Assembly: GCA_965218095.1 (NCBI GenBank)
Contig: OZ244587.1
Span: forward strand, 1,152,001-1,216,000
Direction: 5' to 3'
DNA length: 64,000 nt
Source of the DNA: Candidatus Poribacteria bacterium
Lineage (GTDB): Bacteria; Poribacteria; WGA-4E; PCPOR2b
Both the position numbers and the translations under genes were made by a program. This document shows positions 40,739-51,204 of the stretch, in pieces (the stretch's first letter is position 1; every line of letters begins with the position of its first letter). The notes beneath the pieces were generated by a model. The model saw only the letters and a program-made list of their open reading frames with translations, made no database searches and was not told the origin of the DNA.

Positions 40739-41812
40739 ATGAATCGACACAAACAGGAATCAATTGTCAATGCAGACAATCTGCAACAGGTCTGCAGCCA
40801 GCTTTACCAAAAAGTTGGGGTTGCCAAAGCAGATGCCGAGACCATAGCAGAGATGCAGGTGTCGATGGACTTGCGCGGCGTTCATTCGCATGCCACACGG
40901 GGGATACCGCGCTATGTGCACAGCGTGATGAGCAGCGACACGAATCCAGCCCCCCAGATCAAGGTGCTTGCGGATAATCCCGCTTCCGCCCTATTAGACG
41001 GAGATCGCGGATTGGGACACCTCGTCGGCATCCGCGCCATGAACATAGCGATTGAAAAGGCGAAGGTCGCATCGATTGGGATGGTTGTTGTGCGCAACAG
41101 CGAACACTTCGGCGCGGCATCCAGCCATGCGATGCGAGCGCTTGAACACGATATGATCGGCTTTGCAACAACGAACGGTACCGGTGTGAATGTAGCAGTT
41201 TTTGGCGCTGGGACAAACTCAATCGGCAACAACGCCCTTGCTTTTGCCATTCCCGCAGGAGAAGAACCACCAATCGTGTTGGATATGGCTTGTGGTGCGG
41301 CGGCTGCCGGCAGAATTGGGACGGCGCGGATGTATAATGAAAAGATCCCTCCGGGTTGGGGACTCGACGAAAATGGGGAGGAGACCGATGATCCGTCAAA
41401 GGTGGCTGCTATCCTTCCTGCGGGAGGCCCGAAGGGTTCCGCGCTCGCAATCGTCATGGATGTGTTATGCGGTCCGTTGAGCGGTGGACTCATGGGCATC
41501 AATAAAAAATTCCAGCCGGAAGATGCACCGCCTGAAAAAGTCGCAACTGCGCACTTTTTTCTCGCGATTAACATCGCTAGTCTGACCTCCGTCGATGAGT
41601 TCAAAGCGGAAATTGATCGGCAGATCTGCATGACGCGCCAAGCCAAGCCCCGCAAGGGATTTGATCGCGTAACCCTCCCCGGCGAAATCGAATGGGAGTT
41701 GACCCAGGAACGTCGTGTGAACGGGATTCCCCTCCACAAGTCCCAGTTACAATCCCTCGAAGAAGTTGCAGATGAGTTAGGGGTACACATCCCCTGGGAA
41801 AGGCAACAATGA
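40739..41812 (+). CDS. Ldh_2 (type 2 malate/L-lactate dehydrogenase) family oxidoreductase
   Basis: DLRGVHSH, NSEHFG, VLDMA, GPKGSAL, LPGE; RBS AGGAG. Confidence 0.92.
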   Translation: MNRHKQESIVNADNLQQVCSQLYQKVGVAKADAETIAEMQVSMDLRGVHSHATRGIPRYVHSVMSSDTNPAPQIKVLADNPASALLDGDRGLGHLVGIRAMNIAIEKAKVASIGMVVVRNSEHFGAASSHAMRALEHDMIGFATTNGTGVNVAVFGAGTNSIGNNALAFAIPAGEEPPIVLDMACGAAAAGRIGTARMYNEKIPPGWGLDENGEETDDPSKVAAILPAGGPKGSALAIVMDVLCGPLSGGLMGINKKFQPEDAPPEKVATAHFFLAINIASLTSVDEFKAEIDRQICMTRQAKPRKGFDRVTLPGEIEWELTQERRVNGIPLHKSQLQSLEEVADELGVHIPWERQQ

Positions 41813-41837
41813 AATTCAGGAAGCAGGAGAAGAAAGA

Positions 41838-42572
41838 ATGTCGAAACCAGATATCTTGACAACCAATCAGATCGAGTTTTTCAAAGCAAGCGGATACCTG
41901 ATCCTTGAAGACTTAATTGAACCAGCTATCATTGAAAGCTGGCGAGAGCAGATCTGGACGCATTTCGGTTCTAGCCTGGAAGAACCGGATACGTGGCCCG
42001 ACGACTATGTTGTGAAAGATTTGAACTTCTCACCCCTCTTCGGGAAACTCCCAGCAATGCAAGCGATTGTCGAACAGCTCGGTGGTGGTAAGTTTACAGG
42101 CGGCGGTGGGTCGTCGTTGGTCAAATGGCCCAATCCGGATGGCGAGTGGTCAATGCCGGGCAGTGGACATATCGATGCTTATGGCCCCGGTGGTTGGAGT
42201 CCCTTCATGTTGGGCGCGACGACCTATCTCTACGATGTTGAGCCAGGAGGAGGCGCCTTCGTTTATTGGCCCGAAAGCCATCATACGACACACAGATATT
42301 TCCTTCAATATCCCGAACAGATTGACGGGAGTTTCAGAAATGTCGAAGGTTGGGGCTGGCATGTATTTTCAGATCTATTACTAGAGGGACCGCGGGAATT
42401 CACAGCCGTCGCGGGAAGTGTTGTCCTGTGGCACGCTTTTCTCTGCCACACCGGTTCAGGCAATGTGAGGTCTATTCCGCGCTTCGGGTTATTTGCTCGT
42501 TACACCCACAAATGCAAGGATGAAATTAGATATGAAATTCCGAAAGATCTCTGGAAGTATTGGGTAATTTGA
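41838..42572 (+). CDS. PhyH-family dioxygenase
   Basis: GHIDAY, YLYDVEPGGG, WH..LCH. Confidence 0.85.
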   Translation: MSKPDILTTNQIEFFKASGYLILEDLIEPAIIESWREQIWTHFGSSLEEPDTWPDDYVVKDLNFSPLFGKLPAMQAIVEQLGGGKFTGGGGSSLVKWPNPDGEWSMPGSGHIDAYGPGGWSPFMLGATTYLYDVEPGGGAFVYWPESHHTTHRYFLQYPEQIDGSFRNVEGWGWHVFSDLLLEGPREFTAVAGSVVLWHAFLCHTGSGNVRSIPRFGLFARYTHKCKDEIRYEIPKDLWKYWVI

Positions 42573-42580
42573 GTTATATT

Positions 42581-42748
42581 TAACCCGAGTTGCTACCTTT
42601 CACTCCATTTGCCTGTTTTCAGTGATTATAGACATCTTCCTTCAGTGTGGCTGGAAGAAGATGAAGAATGAAACGAGCGGGTTGCTTCCCTTTCTTCCTC
42701 TCGTTCCATAGTTCCAAACCGAAATGGAATAGGTGGCAACTTGGATTA
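42581..42748. mobile_element. MITE-like element (168 bp)
   Basis: taacccgagttgctacct vs reverse complement taatccaagttgccacct (15/18), TA at both ends. Confidence 0.55.
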
Positions 42749-42883
42749 TACTTCGACTGGCTATCCATCCACACGATTTCGCACGCTAACTCTAAGTGGT
42801 TTCGGATAAGTAATTGGACATTGGACAAGTGTGCTTCCACCTTCCATTCAATTTCCTTCCAATCCCTAACAGGAGGACAAAAA

Positions 42884-43645
42884 ATGAAAATCAGACTAAA
42901 CCGAATCAAGCACAAGCTGGTCGAGGGCGGTCTCGCATACGTAATCGGTGGCATTACACACCCTGACGACATTGATGCCTTCGGCCCGAACGGGTTCGAC
43001 GGGGTGTGGCTGGAGGGCGAGCACGGCGCAGTGGACGCCGCTGAACTCGGCAACCTCACCCGCGCCTGCGACATCTGGGGCATGACCTCCGTGGTTCGCG
43101 TCAACCGGAACGAGCAGAGCCTCATTTACCGCACGCTCGACCGCGGCGCCCAGGGCATCGTCGTTCCACACGTCAACACGAAGAAAGAGGCGCAAAATGT
43201 GGTCGCCGGCGGCAAGTTCGCCCCTGTCGGTCATCGGGGCATGTTCACGAGTCGCCAGGGCTACGGCGTCCCCGATTACTTCCATGTTGCAAACGATGAG
43301 ACGCTTCTGGTCGTACTGATCGAAGACATCGTCGGCATCAGGAATCTTGACGAGATCCTGACAGTGGATCACATCGACGTGTTCTCTGTCGCACCGTCAG
43401 ACTTGGCGGCTTCGATGGGGCACATCGGTGACATTCAACACCCGGAAGTTCAACACACAATTGATGACGCACTGGCGCGTATTCAGGCCGCGGGGCGTAT
43501 CGCCGGTGCGCTTGCCAACAACGAAAACGTTGCAAAGTACGTCGCGGCAGGTGTCCGATTCTTCCTGACCCAGATTAGATATTGGCTTGCGGCCTCGTCG
43601 GCCGAATTCATGAGCCGCGCCGAGAACGCTAGGCGAGGCGAATGA
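42884..43645 (+). CDS. HpcH/HpaI aldolase family
   Basis: WLEGEH, LDRGAQGIVVPHV, LIED, PSDL; RBS AGGAGG. Confidence 0.92.
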   Translation: MKIRLNRIKHKLVEGGLAYVIGGITHPDDIDAFGPNGFDGVWLEGEHGAVDAAELGNLTRACDIWGMTSVVRVNRNEQSLIYRTLDRGAQGIVVPHVNTKKEAQNVVAGGKFAPVGHRGMFTSRQGYGVPDYFHVANDETLLVVLIEDIVGIRNLDEILTVDHIDVFSVAPSDLAASMGHIGDIQHPEVQHTIDDALARIQAAGRIAGALANNENVAKYVAAGVRFFLTQIRYWLAASSAEFMSRAENARRGE

Positions 43646-43686
43646 CAGCCTTGGAGAAATATATCCCCTCTTGCTAAGGAATCCCG

Positions 43687-44379
43687 ATGACAAAAGCCGT
43701 TTTCTTCGATTTCTTCGACACACTTATCTTCTGGACGCAGCCCCTCCACGTAACCATTCGCAAGATCGCCGACCGGTATCAGCTTGATCTGGATTGGGCT
43801 GCATACGACGAGGCGCGAGCGATTATGACCCAAGCATATCAGGCATCAAAGCCGACGGATAACATCCTGGAGACAATGGCGCGACAGATTGACGGATGCT
43901 GCGCGTTTCTGAGGAAGTTGGGGGTGTGTGAACATGTAGAACAAATCGCGTGGGAGGTTTTGCAGTATGAACACGCTATGTTCTCCCGCAACAATGCGAC
44001 GCTCTATGACGACGTGCTGCCGACATTGGATCGGTTGCAGCGGGCGGGACTGAAGATGGCGATTGTTTCTAATTGGGATACGCCTTTACACAATACCGTC
44101 GAGGTGCTTGGCATTGATCGATATTTTGAGGCAATCGTCGCTTCTCATGATCAGCGGGTGCAAAGCGCGAAGCCGGATGCGGCAATTTTTGAACATGCGC
44201 TGAATGTTGTTGGCGCTTCTGCAGACGAAGTGGTTCACGTTGGGGACTCTTACGAGTCGGACATCGTGGGCGCCCAATCCGCAGGCCTCCGCGCGATTCT
44301 GCTGGATCGAGCGGGAACACAGGATAGGCGTTGGGGAGAGGCTATCCGTAACCTCTATGAGTTGTCCGACCTTCTGTAA
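43687..44379 (+). CDS. HAD-IA hydrolase
   Basis: FFDFFDTL, VSNWD, KPDAAIF, HVGD..SD. Confidence 0.9.
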   Translation: MTKAVFFDFFDTLIFWTQPLHVTIRKIADRYQLDLDWAAYDEARAIMTQAYQASKPTDNILETMARQIDGCCAFLRKLGVCEHVEQIAWEVLQYEHAMFSRNNATLYDDVLPTLDRLQRAGLKMAIVSNWDTPLHNTVEVLGIDRYFEAIVASHDQRVQSAKPDAAIFEHALNVVGASADEVVHVGDSYESDIVGAQSAGLRAILLDRAGTQDRRWGEAIRNLYELSDLL

Positions 44380-44464
44380 GCATGATATGTCAAACGTGAT
44401 GCGTGATATGTGACGTGATGCCTATTGCACAAGATGAGTCGTTGGTTTTTGAAAGGGGTCACAA

Positions 44465-45181
44465 ATGAGCTTAACCCATAAACAGGTCGAACAGTATGAA
44501 CGCGATGGCTTCCTCGTCGTCGATCGCCTCTTTTCCGAAGCAGAAATCGAACCCTTTCGTGTCGCTGTGGACGACGTGTTGGAAGAGGTACATCAGGAAG
44601 CTATCGCCGCCGGGAGAAATCCCGAGGGTATCTTCAGCAGCGGCGTTTATGTCGGACTATCGCTGCGGCGTGAGATCTTCCGAAAGACCGCTCGTGCCCC
44701 ACGCCTGCTCGATGACCTCGAAGCTCTGATAGGGAAGGATATCGGCTTCCTCAGCGATAAGGTTGCTTTCAAAGGTAAGGGGGTTACATTCAATTCCCCG
44801 TGGCACCAGGATTGGTCGTATTGGGGCGGGAGTCACAAGATTTCTGTATGGGTGGCGCTGGACGGGGCGACGCCGGACAACGGCTGTCTACAAATTCTGC
44901 CAGGCTCTCATCAAAAGCCGATAGACCACGACAATGTCAGATCGGCTGAGGGGTTCGGGCATCAACTGGATTTGGCAGAACGCGGCTTCGACCCGTCGAA
45001 AGTCGTGACGGCGCCTGTCGAGCCAGGCGATGCAATCTATTTCCACGACTTGACGCTGCACGCCTCGCTCCCCAACCGCACAGCAGAGGACCGGCGGGCA
45101 TTGATTATCACGTATCGGGATCTTAGCCAACCGGATCGAGAATATCCGAGCTTGTCTGCTGCAGCACGGGTCCGTGGATAG
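44465..45181 (+). CDS. PhyH-family dioxygenase
   Basis: PWHQD, WVALD..NGCL..PGSH, TLHAS. Confidence 0.9.
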   Translation: MSLTHKQVEQYERDGFLVVDRLFSEAEIEPFRVAVDDVLEEVHQEAIAAGRNPEGIFSSGVYVGLSLRREIFRKTARAPRLLDDLEALIGKDIGFLSDKVAFKGKGVTFNSPWHQDWSYWGGSHKISVWVALDGATPDNGCLQILPGSHQKPIDHDNVRSAEGFGHQLDLAERGFDPSKVVTAPVEPGDAIYFHDLTLHASLPNRTAEDRRALIITYRDLSQPDREYPSLSAAARVRG

Positions 45182-45225
45182 CGACGGATGGACTCGTTCG
45201 CTTGCTTTTAATCCGTTGCGCTTAA

Positions 45226-46872
45226 TCACCGTGGAGCGATTGCGCCCAATAACTGGTCTAACTCTCGAATCTTCAGCAACTTGCATGCCCCGATTAAGAC
45301 AGCCACTCCGAGTCCAATTGGAACAAACGCACTGATGAGCCGGGCGATTAAATCCTCTATGCCGATCCAACGCTCGATTTGCGAGTTTGCCCACCAGCAG
45401 ACCCAACCCATGACGCCGGCAGCAACACCTATCTTCATCAGCAGCCTCCAGATGCCGCTCAATCCCAATCTTCCAACTTTTCGTCGCAGGAGAAACAGGA
45501 GTGCCAGAAAATTCAAGGTGATCGTGCAGGAGGTCGAAAGGGCAAGGAATCGGTGATCAAGACGGAGTTTATGGATAAAAAGGTAGTTCAAAAGAATATT
45601 GAGTGCGACAGTGCACAAGCTAACTTTGACCGGCGTGCGTGTGTCGTTGAGAGCGTAAAACCCATCCGTCGCAATCTTGACCGCCGAAAAGCCGCACAGT
45701 CCGAAGGCGAAAAAGATTAGGGTGCCTGCTGTTTGCTGCGTGTCCAAAGCTCCCGCTTTTCCGCCCTCAAAGATCAAGCGGCAGATCGGTTCAGCGAGTA
45801 TCATCAATCCGATTGATGCAGGCAATGTCAGCAGAAACATCAGGCGGAGGGCATGCGAAAAAGATCTGCGATACGCCTCCATTTCTCCCTGTGCGACCAA
45901 TCTGGCAAGGTTTGGCAAGGCGGCAGTGGAAATTGCCACGCCAAAGACCCCAATCGGCAGGTGCATCAGGCGGAAAGCGCGGCTGATCCATGTCAGCCAG
46001 CCCTCTCCCTTTGACGCGAACATCGAGTTGACAAACAGGTTCACCTGCAGCGTAGCGACTCCAAGAATCGCGGGACCAATCAGGCGCATGACCTGTCGCA
46101 CTCGCTCATCGCGAAAACTGATGAGTGGTCGGTAGCGAAATCCAACGCGCCACATTGAAGGTGCCTGGATCAAGAACTGCGATGCACCGCCGACGAGCAC
46201 TCCAACTGCCATCCCTGTTGTCGGGTGTAAGTCAAAGCGCGGTGCGACGTAGTACCCCCCCACACCAACGAGTAGCGATCCAAGGTTGAAAAAAGAGGAC
46301 GCGCAGGCGGGGACTCCAAATTTCCCCTTGCTGTTGAGAAGCCCCATTGCAACTGCTGCAAGTGAAACCAGCATCAGGAACGGGAACATGATCCGCGTGA
46401 GATAGACTGTCAGATCGCGTTTGGTGCTGAATCCAAAGTGTTCTGACGAATCGAGATCAACATCTTGAAACCCTTTGCCCATGAACATCAAATCGACGAT
46501 AAGGGGGGCTGCGAGAATACCGATTAGCGTGAGCAGCGTAAGCGCCAAAGCAATCGCGTTGAAGATTCGACTCGCCAAACGCCATGCAACTTCTCCGCCA
46601 TCCTCCAATTCCGTCGCCGTAAACGTCGTCACAAATGCCTTGCTTAACACCCCTTCACCAAACAGATCGCGCATTAAATTGGGGATGCGGAATGCCGCAT
46701 AAAACGCATCTCCACCGATTCCGGCGGCAAAATAGTGAGCAATCGCTTTTTCGCGGACAAGCCCAAGAATACGTGAACCCATTACGGCGATGCTGACAAT
46801 TCCCGCAGATCGGGTTACGTGCTTCTGGTCTCCGTTGATTGAAGTTGGGGCGGTATGGATTTCGTTTGCCAT
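45226..46872 (-). CDS. murJ: Lipid II flippase MurJ
   Basis: SRILGLVRE, AFRIPN.MR.LFGEG, many TM helices, DTRTP. Confidence 0.95.
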   Translation of the reverse strand: MANEIHTAPTSINGDQKHVTRSAGIVSIAVMGSRILGLVREKAIAHYFAAGIGGDAFYAAFRIPNLMRDLFGEGVLSKAFVTTFTATELEDGGEVAWRLASRIFNAIALALTLLTLIGILAAPLIVDLMFMGKGFQDVDLDSSEHFGFSTKRDLTVYLTRIMFPFLMLVSLAAVAMGLLNSKGKFGVPACASSFFNLGSLLVGVGGYYVAPRFDLHPTTGMAVGVLVGGASQFLIQAPSMWRVGFRYRPLISFRDERVRQVMRLIGPAILGVATLQVNLFVNSMFASKGEGWLTWISRAFRLMHLPIGVFGVAISTAALPNLARLVAQGEMEAYRRSFSHALRLMFLLTLPASIGLMILAEPICRLIFEGGKAGALDTQQTAGTLIFFAFGLCGFSAVKIATDGFYALNDTRTPVKVSLCTVALNILLNYLFIHKLRLDHRFLALSTSCTITLNFLALLFLLRRKVGRLGLSGIWRLLMKIGVAAGVMGWVCWWANSQIERWIGIEDLIARLISAFVPIGLGVAVLIGACKLLKIRELDQLLGAIAPR

Positions 46873-46987
46873 TTTGCGATCAACTCTTTTGACATTTTAC
46901 CGAATGTGAGGTACACTTATCTTCACGCAGGAGATGTAACCAGAGGCAAGGTTGCACATAACCTACAATAGTGAGGTTTGTTGAACC

Positions 46988-47374
46988 ATGCGACAAAAAC
47001 GATATTTTACTGTAGAAGAAGCAAACCGGCTGATTCCCATTTTGGAACAAGAACTCTCAGAATTGAAGGGACTTCGGCAGGAACTCGAAGCACTCGGGGC
47101 GGAATTGACCCCATTCTTTGAAGTCATTCGTCACAACGGTGGGCATCGAAAAACACCGCAGTTTCTCGAATTGACAGGAAAATTCCGGGACGCCATTGAG
47201 GAGATTCAGTCCTATGGGTGCACGATAAAAGATATAAATCCGGGATTAATCGACTTCCCTCACCTTCGGGAGGGTAGGGAGGTTCACCTCTGCTGGAGGG
47301 CTGGGGAAGAAGCGGTCTTGTACTGGCACGAGGTTGATGCCGGATTTGCCGGAAGACAGTTGATTGAAGAGTAA
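46988..47374 (+). CDS. DUF2203-like protein
   Basis: FTVEEAN, KD...GLIDFP, LCWRAGE..YWH...GFAGR. Confidence 0.85.
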   Translation: MRQKRYFTVEEANRLIPILEQELSELKGLRQELEALGAELTPFFEVIRHNGGHRKTPQFLELTGKFRDAIEEIQSYGCTIKDINPGLIDFPHLREGREVHLCWRAGEEAVLYWHEVDAGFAGRQLIEE

Positions 47375-47482
47375 AGTTAAGCGCAGCAAAATCTCCCGAT
47401 TCTATCGGGATTCACGGCTCGGTAATGTTCGCTCCGAACAAACCGAGTCGGAACCGATCTATCGGGGCAGTGTCTACAGGGT

Positions 47483-47640
47483 TTAAGGGATTAAGGCAAC
47501 CCAATCTCGGTCTAATGGCACCCGGTCCACCTGCCAGCCATAGACGTTAATCTCATACACCTGTCGGCCCTCTTCTATACTCTCTTCAAAGATAATACGT
47601 TCCCCATCGGGAAACCACTTCAGAGTTGTAGCAAACTCCA
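47483..47640 (-). pseudogene. C-terminal fragment of a TolB/PD40-like beta-propeller gene
   Basis: KWFPDGERIIFEES...QVYEINV; no start. Confidence 0.4.
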
Positions 47641-47655
47641 CCAGCAAATTAAACC

Positions 47656-48404
47656 CTAAGAAACAGAACCTGCCTTTTTTAATGCCGCACTTAAAAACTC
47701 CAAGGCTGCCGTGCGGCGTAAGTATGGGTGGGCGAACTGATTCCGATAACCGCGTAGGCAGCCGTAGCAACTTTCGTCACAACCACAACCACCTTCAACC
47801 CGTGTTCTTGCGTTGCGAAGCATTTCCAAAAAAATTTTCTTATTTTCTAAATGTGCCACTAACCCGGCGCCACCCGGAACGTTATCATACAACACAATCG
47901 CCGCATCGTCCGCAGTATCCCCGCCAGTAATGGTGACGTTCAAGTCGGTATCCGGCACATCCAGTGCCTCGACCGCACCCAATAAAACGGCGTATGCGAG
48001 AGAATACGCCTCCCATTGATCGACCAATCTAGGAAATTGCAAACGGACTACATCAGTGATGAATTCATGTCCGAGAGACAGAGGTTCCAGAGGTCTGTTA
48101 CAATCACGACCTTCGGGTGTTTTATGCGAACTATCTGGCTCAGTGTAATGCGCGCCGCAGGAGCGACAAATATAAAACCCATTACCGTTTTTTCCTTCGC
48201 ATAGAACAACTAGGCCTCCTTGCAACGCTTGGGTAATCCTGATACCGAACAAATCCTTTGACGCATTCTCCAGTTGGGTGTCGTCATCAAACCCACGGAA
48301 GAACGGGCGCGTGGTATACAAACGGTGTGACCTCCCATGCGGCTCTTTGGGTTGATCCAGCAGCGAGGTCACGAAACCGAATTCGGGCCACAGGTATTTT
48401 CTTT
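47656..48404 (-). pseudogene. DEAD/DEAH helicase 3' fragment with DUF1998 Zn domain
   Basis: LGHEFITD, LYDNVPGGAG, CGCDESCYGCL..YRNQ..H. Confidence 0.88.
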
Positions 48405-48462
48405 CGCGCTCATAAGTTTTAGACTTGATTTTTCCTTGAAAATCTGAAAGGAGTTAAGAACG

Positions 48463-48939
48463 ATGAATGTATTTGATGCTGTAGAAAGATTTTCGGATCA
48501 AGAGAGTTGTATTAAACACTTAGAAACCATCCGCTGGGGGGGTAAACCTAAGTGTCCGTATTGCGAAAGTGATCATGTAGCACCGAAACAGGAAGGCGAT
48601 AAAGTTGGACGGTGGAATTGCCATTGTTGCAAGTCGAGTTTCAATGTTTTATCCGGCACCTTGTTTCAAGGTACACAGGTTCCGCTTCAGAAGTGGTTTC
48701 TGGCTATCTTGCTTATGAATAATGCGAAGAAAAGCCTATCCAGTTGTCAACTTGCCCGACATTTAGACTTAACCCAGCCTTCCGCATGGTATATGATGCA
48801 ACGAATACGGTCTGAGATGGGCAGAAAAGGTAAAGTTCCGATGGAATCGGAATCCTCGGAAGCGGGTTCCGCGGGACGCGGAATGCTCGCCTTGCGGCAC
48901 TTGCTGAGAGACATTATCGAGAAACCACTTCAGGGCTAA
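48463..48939 (+). pseudogene. IS1595-family transposase N-terminus only (Zn ribbon + HTH, no DDE domain)
   Basis: RWG..CPYC...CHCC..F.VL.GTLF, PLQKWF, SSCQLARHL..Q.SAW. Confidence 0.85.
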
Positions 48940-49051
48940 AACCCAATACTTTAGTTTTGGGAGTATGTCAATGAAGTTGACGAAACGTAGCGAGTGGTAG
49001 CAGAAGGTGTCCGTTCCGAGACAGGATTGATAGCACCCTCTGCTATTTTCA

Positions 49052-50473
49052 CTAGTCAAACTGTTTGGCAACAAGCACTAAATCAAAAATGTTTACAATG
49101 CCATCACCGTTGAGATCGGGCTTTGTTTTGCCGAAGTTTTTTGCAACCAATACCAGATCCAAGATATTGATTCTACCATCACCGTTGACATCAGCCGGGT
49201 TAGGGGTTTTGAGGTAGATTTCGCCATCTAAATCGGGAAGGATATGGATCATATCCTTCTTGTTGCTAGACATGGCAATCGTTGGTTGAGGCAATAAAAT
49301 TGCCTGCTCAGTCCTACTCCGGTTGTAGACTGCCCAGCCGTTAGTAAACTCTCGGATATACAAACCCTCGATATCTTGATACCGTTGGGTAATGGGACCG
49401 ATAGGTTGTCCGAGGTCAGCGTCCCAAAAAGGGTGCCAGATGTGTTTCTGGTAACCTTTTTGTCCGTTTTTTGTTCCAATAGTATAGAGCGAATATCCAT
49501 TAGACAGGGTGAGGCTCATTGTTGTGAATAAGCGCATCCACTGTCTATTTCTTGGGCTATCTGGTGGTTCAGCACCGATGCCGAAACCTCTTAAAAGGTT
49601 GATTTTGGGTTCTCGGACGTTTGCTTCATACCAGATAAGATTGTTTTCAATATCAATAATATCCGCGCGTGTGTACCCTTCTTCGCGCGTATTCGGGAAA
49701 GTTTCCATGAAACCGCCATTGATGTAAGGGGCTGAAAGCGGAAGTGGGTTCCGATTGTTATTACATAGAATGAGAAAATCGTCCGGCACAACTGCACGAA
49801 TTTTCTGGAGAATTGAGATGAGTGCCTGTCGTTCCACCTCAAGATCGAGCTGGTATTGCGGCGTTCTTTCATATTCATAATATGGGACCGTAGTCTCATC
49901 ATAAAGCACGACGTAGTTTTCCGCCCATGCGTCGAATACGATGCCGTCATACAAGCCACTTTTTGCGATAGCACCCGCCCGTTGAGCAATAACGTCTTGA
50001 ACTTCTGGCAATCTAAAATCAATTAGATAATCATTACCCCTGCGAACAGGATTTCCGTTGGCGTCTCTTAGCCAACCAAACCAATCTTCGGAATAACGAT
50101 CGGGGGAGGCATAACTTTGTCGAAGATCGAAGAGTAATATCAGATTGGGGTTTATGGAGAGCAGTTCATCCCGTATGGCTATCATTCTTGGTAAATCACC
50201 AATTAATTGATACCCTTCCGGGGTCAGTTGAAGCCCCTTACTCAAGTAATGCCACCAAAGATCATGAGTAGCAATACGTTCATTATAAGGTATCGAATCA
50301 TCCCACCAGTTACCACCACGATTCAAGATTCCATCGTCCCATGGTAGTGCAATAGATGGAAGGCTTCGATTGTCGATTCTGTCTCGAATCGAAGCGGTTT
50401 GAGAAGATTGCTGTGCAAAGGCAGAAGTCACAGCAAAGACGAATAAACAAACAGCAAAAACAAAACGTCTCAT
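49052..50473 (-). CDS. Secreted putative glycoside hydrolase (TIM-barrel-like) with C-terminal dockerin
   Basis: Signal peptide MRRFVFAVCLFVFAVTSAFA, YDGIVFD, NGGFME, DVNGDGRINILDLV / DLNGDGIVNIFDLV. Confidence 0.8.
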   Translation of the reverse strand: MRRFVFAVCLFVFAVTSAFAQQSSQTASIRDRIDNRSLPSIALPWDDGILNRGGNWWDDSIPYNERIATHDLWWHYLSKGLQLTPEGYQLIGDLPRMIAIRDELLSINPNLILLFDLRQSYASPDRYSEDWFGWLRDANGNPVRRGNDYLIDFRLPEVQDVIAQRAGAIAKSGLYDGIVFDAWAENYVVLYDETTVPYYEYERTPQYQLDLEVERQALISILQKIRAVVPDDFLILCNNNRNPLPLSAPYINGGFMETFPNTREEGYTRADIIDIENNLIWYEANVREPKINLLRGFGIGAEPPDSPRNRQWMRLFTTMSLTLSNGYSLYTIGTKNGQKGYQKHIWHPFWDADLGQPIGPITQRYQDIEGLYIREFTNGWAVYNRSRTEQAILLPQPTIAMSSNKKDMIHILPDLDGEIYLKTPNPADVNGDGRINILDLVLVAKNFGKTKPDLNGDGIVNIFDLVLVAKQFD

Positions 50474-50501
50474 TTTAGGGTGTTCCTTTCTTTTGAGAGT
50501 G

Positions 50502-51204
50502 TTTTCTTTTAGAGGGACCGTTGGTTTCGTTCCATTGCTTGAAATTACGTGCATCATCGTAATCATAGCACATCACTCGAAATTCCTTACCGATAATTTT
50601 TTTTACTCCGTGGGAAATCCATTCCCTTTTGTCTGCGACAACCTTACCTCCCGGTGCGTATTCGGCAATGGCCTGCTGCAAATCCCGCTGTAAAGAAACT
50701 TTTGCTGCATCTGCCCTGCTTTTCGGACGAGTGTCTAGTTCCACAACGTCTACTGGAAAACCATATTCAGGAATAATAGCCTTGCGTGATAAGAAGGTCA
50801 GCGTCCTTTCCTCGGCGATGGTTTTCATGCGTCTATCCATTTGATTGACATGCGAGTAATCTCCCTTTTGATAGCATTCTTCTATCATTTCCCGCATCTT
50901 GCGATAGTCATCGCAAATTTCCTGCTCGGCATAGGCGAAACGGCTTTCCGGTCCCGCGATTTCTTCCACCCATTTCCCGTTGTTTAGCCCCGTTTCGACG
51001 TGCATATCCGACGGGACCACGAAGCGCATAGACTTATGTAACTCGTCATTATTCCGGCAAAAATCCTCAAAGTCAGAAACAGCGCGAGGATTATCCCAAT
51101 CGTTGATAAGATCCTGCACATTCTTGAACCGCTCCACGTTATCTCTTTTTTTGAAAAATGCGGACAACGCCACGGCGGTGATATGCCGTAAAATAATTCT
51201 TTTA
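50502..51204 (-). pseudogene. Middle fragment of the same DUF1998 helicase
   Basis: IILRHITAVALSAFF, LSRKAIIPEYGFPVDVV, RDL..AIAEYAPG. Confidence 0.85.

Larger units (their letters stand above)
48405..50501. mobile_element. IS1595-family derivative carrying a passenger gene
   Basis: 8-bp direct repeats ttttcttt at 48397-48404 and 50502-50509; imperfect ends cgcgctcataag / cactctcaaaag; excision restores the helicase frame. Confidence 0.85.

Noticed and set aside
40912-41862. 316-aa antisense ORF and similar overlapping ORFs
   Set aside because: Opposite well-supported genes; no motifs
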